IMG/VR virus record: IMGVR_UViG_3300017780_003812
Location: 1 to 49,523 of that record
Length of the DNA stretch: 49,523 bases
Source of the DNA: a virus
Taxonomy: Duplodnaviria; Caudoviricetes
Strand: one strand, 5' to 3'
The notes under the pieces were generated by a model. That model worked only from the letters and a program-made list of their open reading frames with translations. It had not been told where the DNA came from and did not search any database. Positions 44,690 to 49,523 of this stretch are shown here, piece by piece; position 1 is the first letter of the stretch; each line of letters opens with the position of its first letter. A program made the position numbers and the translations under genes.

Positions 44690-46152
44690 AAGTAAAAATC
44701 TTTTTTAAAGTGAGCTAACGTGTAGTCCTTCTTTTTTGTTACTGCTTTGTAAATCTGCTCTTCAATTCCTCCCTTGGAGAAAATCCAAAACACTTCATTC
44801 TTTGGTCTGTCCTTGGTGGTCATTCTGTCTTTGGATTGCCAATAACTCGTAGCACTAAAATCAATATTGTAATACACGAGGTACTCTGCTTTCTTTAGCG
44901 ATATTCCCTCACGCCCTGATACAATCTGCAATGCTATGTTCTTGTAAGTGTCTTCAAAGACACTAAGCTCTGTCGTGAGTTCATCTCCGAATACTTGCTT
45001 CAAAGCCTCAAGCTCTTCTTTAAACTTGTAGAATATACCTATCTGACAACCTTCCCACTGAGCCTTTATAAACTCTGCTTTAGTGGTGTCGATAACCATA
45101 GACTTACCGCTTTCAAACTTCACAGTTCCTGAGTACAGCTGATGCATCTTACTCATTAGCTTTACGGGAGTATCTCCTAAGATAACTTCTTCCTTTCCTT
45201 GGACAATTAAATCCCTGCTCAACTTTTTAATCAACTTGTATGTTGATTCTTTTAGCTCGACCTCAAATACTTCTTCAATAGTCTCGGCTATAAAACCGGC
45301 TTCTGCTTGAGTATAGTTTATCATAAATGGTTCCATTTCTTCAAGTATGGTGTACATACCATTAGAATAGTCGTTCATTGATAATCCATTTATCATTTTG
45401 GTCTTAATAACTACAAATTTACTACAAAATTTATAAAAAGTTTTATACTCTTTGAAAGGATTATTTGGTATCCCATAAACCTGATGGTACATCTGAGAGT
45501 ATGACTCAGGAGTAGGTGTTCCCGACAGCAATATAACATTGGCTTTTGTTTTAGCTATCAAGTCTTTTACCTGAACTGCTCTCTTACTTGGTTTAGCAAA
45601 TGCACCCATCGAGTGAGCCTCATCACATATTATTAAATCCCAAGGAATATCAGGGTCAATCTTATGTAAGCTCTCGTAATTTGTAACACATAAAGAGTAA
45701 GATGGCTTGAATAAATCAAAATCATTAGTAATTGAGCTAATTGCTTTTTTCTTTGTCAAGAACAATACGTTGCTACTATTAATCTTTTCTGCTATCCCAA
45801 GGCTTGTCAGTGTCTTTCCTGTACGAACTTCCATAGCAAGGTAAACAAAGCCATACTTAGTAACTATCTCTGTGCCTTTCCTGATTATGTCGTTTTGGTA
45901 ATCTCTGAATTTGATTTGATTATTTCTTTCCATATCCTTTAGGTGTAATTGTTTATAGTACTCACAGCTATTAACTATTCGCTCTCTAACTTCTTTAGGT
46001 GTGTCGTGCTTAAATGTTTGTAAAACTCTAACCTGCTTACCTCTTCCAACCTTAGTCTCTATGGTCTGAAAAATAACGCTTCGTAGCAACTCACATTGTT
46101 TCCACATCTCCTCGTTGTTGAACCCTGAATTTCTCTCGAGTACATCTACCAT
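44686..46152 (-). CDS. SF2 (SNF2-like) helicase; probable ATG start at 46152
   Basis: 'FRDYQ', 'MEVRTGKT', 'ICDEAH', 'LSGTP', 'SGREGISL', 'QSKDR'. Confidence 0.9.
   Translation of the reverse strand: MVDVLERNSGFNNEEMWKQCELLRSVIFQTIETKVGRGKQVRVLQTFKHDTPKEVRERIVNSCEYYKQLHLKDMERNNQIKFRDYQNDIIRKGTEIVTKYGFVYLAMEVRTGKTLTSLGIAEKINSSNVLFLTKKKAISSITNDFDLFKPSYSLCVTNYESLHKIDPDIPWDLIICDEAHSMGAFAKPSKRAVQVKDLIAKTKANVILLSGTPTPESYSQMYHQVYGIPNNPFKEYKTFYKFCSKFVVIKTKMINGLSMNDYSNGMYTILEEMEPFMINYTQAEAGFIAETIEEVFEVELKESTYKLIKKLSRDLIVQGKEEVILGDTPVKLMSKMHQLYSGTVKFESGKSMVIDTTKAEFIKAQWEGCQIGIFYKFKEELEALKQVFGDELTTELSVFEDTYKNIALQIVSGREGISLKKAEYLVYYNIDFSATSYWQSKDRMTTKDRPKNEVFWIFSKGGIEEQIYKAVTKKKDYTLAHFKKDFYL
44947..44963 (+). 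repeat. Dispersed 17-bp palindromic element, copy 6 (inside the helicase gene)
   Basis: agtgtcttcaaagacac, exact. Confidence 0.9.
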
Positions 46153-46238
46153 ATTAAATAAGCTACTGCTCCAATAAGAATTACTGCACATATCCAAGCA
46201 ACTACTTCTACTATTTTGTCTTCTTGTTTTGGTGTCAT
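46146..46238 (-). CDS. 30-aa single-TM peptide (not in ORF track)
   Basis: MTPKQEDKIVEVVAWICAVILIGAVAYLIW; ATGA-coupled to the upstream gene. Confidence 0.6.
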   Translation of the reverse strand: MTPKQEDKIVEVVAWICAVILIGAVAYLIW

Positions 46239-46453
46239 AATTTCTCTATTTCTTGTTTAACTTCTTGCCAATATTGGTCATTTAAAACATCTTCAAATAA
46301 AATTTTATTATTTTTTAATATTTCATCAACTGCTATTAATGCACATTGTTTAGCAACATCAATATCGTAAAACCACCCTATTCTATCAAGACTTTTTTTT
46401 GTTAACTCAAGATAAATACCTGTTAATTCTATTGCTTTTTCTTTTGGTGTCAT
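46235..46453 (-). CDS. Conserved phage hypothetical protein (MTPKEKA..L family)
   Basis: 'MTPKEKAIEL...AKQCALIAVDEI...YWQEVKQEI'. Confidence 0.8.
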   Translation of the reverse strand: MTPKEKAIELTGIYLELTKKSLDRIGWFYDIDVAKQCALIAVDEILKNNKILFEDVLNDQYWQEVKQEIEKL

Positions 46454-46454
46454 A

Positions 46455-48878
46455 TTAATTTAATTGAATTTGTGTATCGTTATCTGCTCTCTTCTTAATG
46501 ATAATCCATCTACCGATGTGGTCTCTATCTTCCTCAGGCATAATTCCCTCTTTGTAGATAGCGTAAGCTACCAACCATTTGTAGAATTTAGTTCGGCTAA
46601 TGCTCATCCTACCTCTAACTCCATAGTCAGGGTACTCATCAACAAAGTTGTTATACAACTCGTTCTTATAAAGTCTTACGTTTGTAGGTAACACAGTGCT
46701 TCTATCGTTGTTATCAACCAATCCGCACCACTCGATAAATTCGTGGCAACTCTCTGCTGATAGCTGACGAATCTTTAAGTTCACAAATTTAGATTTAACC
46801 AATCCGTTTGCAAGGTAGAATCTCAAGCAACCAATCATATAGTTGTCAAACTCGCACCACTCATCATCGTTCCAATCTCCGAACATCATCTTGCCGAAGT
46901 CATCTCTCGGTGTAAAGTTCATCGTGTAGTACTGATGAAGTTCAAGTTCCCACTTTCTTCTTGCAAATGAATTACCCGCACCCTTGATAGCATAGTTAGT
47001 TGTCAAGGTAACTTTAGGAGACTTGCTGAAAGGAATCTTGATAGCATCCTTGTTTTTCTTCTCCAATGTCAATCCCTCTGTTATCACGCTGAACAATCTC
47101 TCGAAGTCAAAGTGTTTCTTCACATCATCAAAGCAAAGTATCTGAGTATCTGCTGATACTAACTGATAAGGAAATGACTTTTCAAAGTTGAAAGATTTAC
47201 CATCAATCACTACGAGCTTCTTCATATTGCTAAGGGCGTTCATAACCAATCCCTTACCTGTTCCTCCCTCAGGGTTATCACTGATAACCTCATCATTTAG
47301 AATCACTGCGGGGCAAAAAGATAAGTTCTTGTATCCGTGTTGAAGGAATCCTATAGTACTCTCCATAGTCTTAATTCTACTCTCATCTCCTCCGTTGATA
47401 TTACCAATAAACTTTCTAAAATCACAGTCTCCCGTAACCTCGCAAATATTAAAATTTCTATCAATCACGTGGTCTTTCCAAACGTAACCTCCCAAATCCA
47501 CATAGTCAATGGTAAGGATGCTGTCTTTCATAATCTTAACAGCACAATTTTTATAGTATAAGTACGCTGAATCCTTGGTGTCTGCTATGAAGTATATCTC
47601 AATGGTTGAAATCATTGAAAGAAAATCATCTCTAAAGAATCTCGTATTGTCTGCGAAGTAATTATAAACGCTGTAATCATCTAACTCTAACAAGTGAGCA
47701 AGTACAAAGTCTTTAATCTCTTTCTCAGAAGTATGGTCGATGAGGTTGTTAGTAACCTTTACAAACACATAGTTCCTGCTCCCCTCAGGACAGAATTTAT
47801 AGAATCCTGAATCCTCTAAAAAAGTTTTGAATAAGATATGTTCAATCTTGATGACCCCTTTATCGTTCTTAGTCCAAAATGTCATCTTAGAATTTTCATC
47901 CTCGACTTTATTTAAGACTGCATCGATAGTGTCGCTATCCAAATTGGAATCTTGTAATTGGTAGCGAATCTCTTTTTTTGATACGCCTCTTCTTAGCTTT
48001 GCACGAATCTGATTAATACGCTCTTCGTCTTCGTAATACTTGGTTCCGAAGTTTGCTGTATGTCTGTAGGCTGAATCAATCGTTGTTGCTATCTCACTTA
48101 TTGAGAAGTCAGAAGTAGCAAACTGATTTAAGATATAACCCGCAAGGCTTTTGTTAACTCCAAAGTCATTGAATGCCATCGCAAGTATGTAAGCGTTGTG
48201 GTTTCTTTGACCCTCTTGCATCGGGTATTTCTTTTCCCACCACTTAACAAGTATCTCAACAATCTTATTCTCATCTGATATTGGAATAGTAGCTTGGTCT
48301 CTTACTCTGTTTATTTCGGTGTACTCAGGCTCTTCAATCAAATCCCAAATCGATGAGTTCTCATTAACGTGAATTAAAGGGTCGTAAGACTCATAACACA
48401 CTCTACTGATGTTCTTACTCGTTTTATCGAAATAAGGGCTGTTAAAATGCTTTTCTAAGCTATTGAAGTAGTTTGTATGGTTCTCTTCATCTGCGGGAAT
48501 CTTAACCAATACTTTTAATCCATTTCCTGATGGGGAAATAAAGACTGAAAATACATATTTGTTTTTCGATATAGTCTCTTTGTCTTGTAGTAATTCTTTT
48601 TGTTTTTGGTAGCCATCAAAGTCTAAACAAATAAGTCCTGAGTGTTGGTCGAGTGCATTATCTAATCTCTTCTTAAAAGTACCGCTGAAACAAATAGCGG
48701 GAAGTAGTTTCTTAATCTCGTTTCTCTCTGCTTTATTCTTCTCTTGTCTGATACGCTTAACAATGTCTTTGGTAGCCCCTGCTCCATCCTTAATTCTATC
48801 AAGGATAACGTGTACATCACGGAAGAACGGAGTGTCCGTATCACGTATGTTTTGAAAGATTGTTACGTTATGTGTCAT
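46455..48878 (-). CDS. Primase-helicase (VirE-N/BT4734-like N-terminus, PriCT, P-loop domain)
   Basis: 'KKLLP...FSG.F', 'SGLICLDFD', 'FISPSGNGLK', 'GQRN', Walker A 'GGTGKG', 'FDD', 'TTNY'. Confidence 0.88.
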   Translation of the reverse strand: MTHNVTIFQNIRDTDTPFFRDVHVILDRIKDGAGATKDIVKRIRQEKNKAERNEIKKLLPAICFSGTFKKRLDNALDQHSGLICLDFDGYQKQKELLQDKETISKNKYVFSVFISPSGNGLKVLVKIPADEENHTNYFNSLEKHFNSPYFDKTSKNISRVCYESYDPLIHVNENSSIWDLIEEPEYTEINRVRDQATIPISDENKIVEILVKWWEKKYPMQEGQRNHNAYILAMAFNDFGVNKSLAGYILNQFATSDFSISEIATTIDSAYRHTANFGTKYYEDEERINQIRAKLRRGVSKKEIRYQLQDSNLDSDTIDAVLNKVEDENSKMTFWTKNDKGVIKIEHILFKTFLEDSGFYKFCPEGSRNYVFVKVTNNLIDHTSEKEIKDFVLAHLLELDDYSVYNYFADNTRFFRDDFLSMISTIEIYFIADTKDSAYLYYKNCAVKIMKDSILTIDYVDLGGYVWKDHVIDRNFNICEVTGDCDFRKFIGNINGGDESRIKTMESTIGFLQHGYKNLSFCPAVILNDEVISDNPEGGTGKGLVMNALSNMKKLVVIDGKSFNFEKSFPYQLVSADTQILCFDDVKKHFDFERLFSVITEGLTLEKKNKDAIKIPFSKSPKVTLTTNYAIKGAGNSFARRKWELELHQYYTMNFTPRDDFGKMMFGDWNDDEWCEFDNYMIGCLRFYLANGLVKSKFVNLKIRQLSAESCHEFIEWCGLVDNNDRSTVLPTNVRLYKNELYNNFVDEYPDYGVRGRMSISRTKFYKWLVAYAIYKEGIMPEEDRDHIGRWIIIKKRADNDTQIQLN

Positions 48879-48882
48879 TATC

Positions 48883-49003
48883 TGTCGTTTTTATGTCGTT
48901 TTAATGTCGTTTTTAAATATCTAACTAATTGATAATCAATACTACTGTCTTTTATGTCAATTTTTTTACTAAAATATTAAAATAAAAAATAATAATAATA
49001 TAG
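48883..49003. other. Putative replication origin: 11-bp-period TGTCGTTTT repeats plus AT-rich tract
   Basis: tgtcgtttt at 48883, 48894 and 48905; degenerate tgtc copies at about 48946 and 48955; nearly pure A/T tract 48959-49002. Confidence 0.45.
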
Positions 49004-49063
49004 ATTTTACATAGAGTAGTAATAGAAGTGTTGAAAATGGTGTTTCCGACACGCCTTAAAGGT

Positions 49064-49087
49064 AAAAAAAGGGGGAATAAATCCCCC
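49064..49087 (-). terminator. Intrinsic terminator downstream of the SSB gene
   Basis: On - strand ggggga-tttat-tccccc followed by T7. Confidence 0.75.
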
Positions 49088-49108
49088 ATTTTACATAGGC
49101 TTGGTCTC

Positions 49109-49465
49109 TTAGAATGGAAGGTCATCATCCTCTTCTTCTTGAGCTTCGTTGAATTGGTTTGCCATATCTCCGTTCATCTGTGGAACTGATGGAGGTGGCT
49201 TAGCTTTAGCTTCGTACTTGTCAACTGCACTTTCTTTTGGAGAACTATCATTCTTTGCCTCAAACGTGTCGAGGTCAATGTAGAAGTTTCCTGAACGAGC
49301 TGTCTTAACCCCGAGGTTAATCCAACCATTCTTTTCGTGCTGTCTCATAAATGCGATAGCATCTTCAACTTTAATTGATAATCTCCCCACTACGAAGTCA
49401 GGAGCTTTTTCGTTTCTTTTGAATAAGAAACCATCTGCGAAAATCTTTTCTACTTGGTCTGCCAT
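49109..49465 (-). CDS. Putative single-stranded DNA-binding protein
   Basis: Short OB-like beta core, flexible linker, acidic C-terminus 'EEEDDDLPF'. Confidence 0.7.
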   Translation of the reverse strand: MADQVEKIFADGFLFKRNEKAPDFVVGRLSIKVEDAIAFMRQHEKNGWINLGVKTARSGNFYIDLDTFEAKNDSSPKESAVDKYEAKAKPPPSVPQMNGDMANQFNEAQEEEDDDLPF

Positions 49466-49523
49466 TGTAAATAATTTTTTAGTTTGCCTTAGTCTATTTT
49501 ATCGAGTACAACCCCCTAAGGCT

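Noticed and set aside
247-44963. Dispersed 17-mer as a CRISPR repeat, canonical parS or IS terminal repeat
   Set aside because: Copies are kilobases apart and mostly in-frame within genes; the sequence differs from parS (TGTTTCACGTGAAACA); no cas, parB or transposase gene in the window
1-49523. Stop-codon reassignment, tRNA genes, introns or inteins, as found in some crAss-like phages
   Set aside because: Standard-code ORFs tile the window densely, core genes look uninterrupted, and no tRNA cloverleaf was recognised in the short intergenic gaps

Overview
A roughly 49.5 kb, AT-rich segment of a tailed dsDNA phage with short-tailed, crAss-related morphogenesis genes. The host is very probably Bacteroidota (Flavobacteriia-like): intergenic TAnnTTTG promoters recur and translation starts are A-rich without Shine-Dalgarno motifs. 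The + strand carries a 5'-truncated GroEL, GroES, a dense cluster of small basic proteins, a holin, an M15 endolysin, two tail fibres, a GroES-like protein, a 2OG-Fe(II) oxygenase, terminase, portal, scaffold, major capsid, tail ring and muzzle proteins, a GNAT-like protein and three putative ejection proteins. The last of these is a 2860-aa polyvalent protein. The - strand carries a replication block: nucleases, a DnaA-C-like HTH protein, an SF2 helicase, a primase-helicase, a putative iteron origin and an SSB. Four signals stand out as unexplained. (1) The palindromic 17-mer AGTGTCTTCAAAGACAC occurs as six exact copies across the window, five inside genes in three different codon phases. (2) A complete small gene (MPFKSKAQQRFLY...) appears overprinted in the +1 frame of the giant protein gene, with a second candidate nested ORF and a candidate -1 frameshift in the same gene. 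(3) Four otherwise unrelated small proteins share the peptide tag R(P)D[TY]PL[AS]x[ST]PEP. (4) GATC, CATG, GGCC and CCAG/CTGG appear strongly avoided. All product calls are by motif recognition and gene order; no database search was run.
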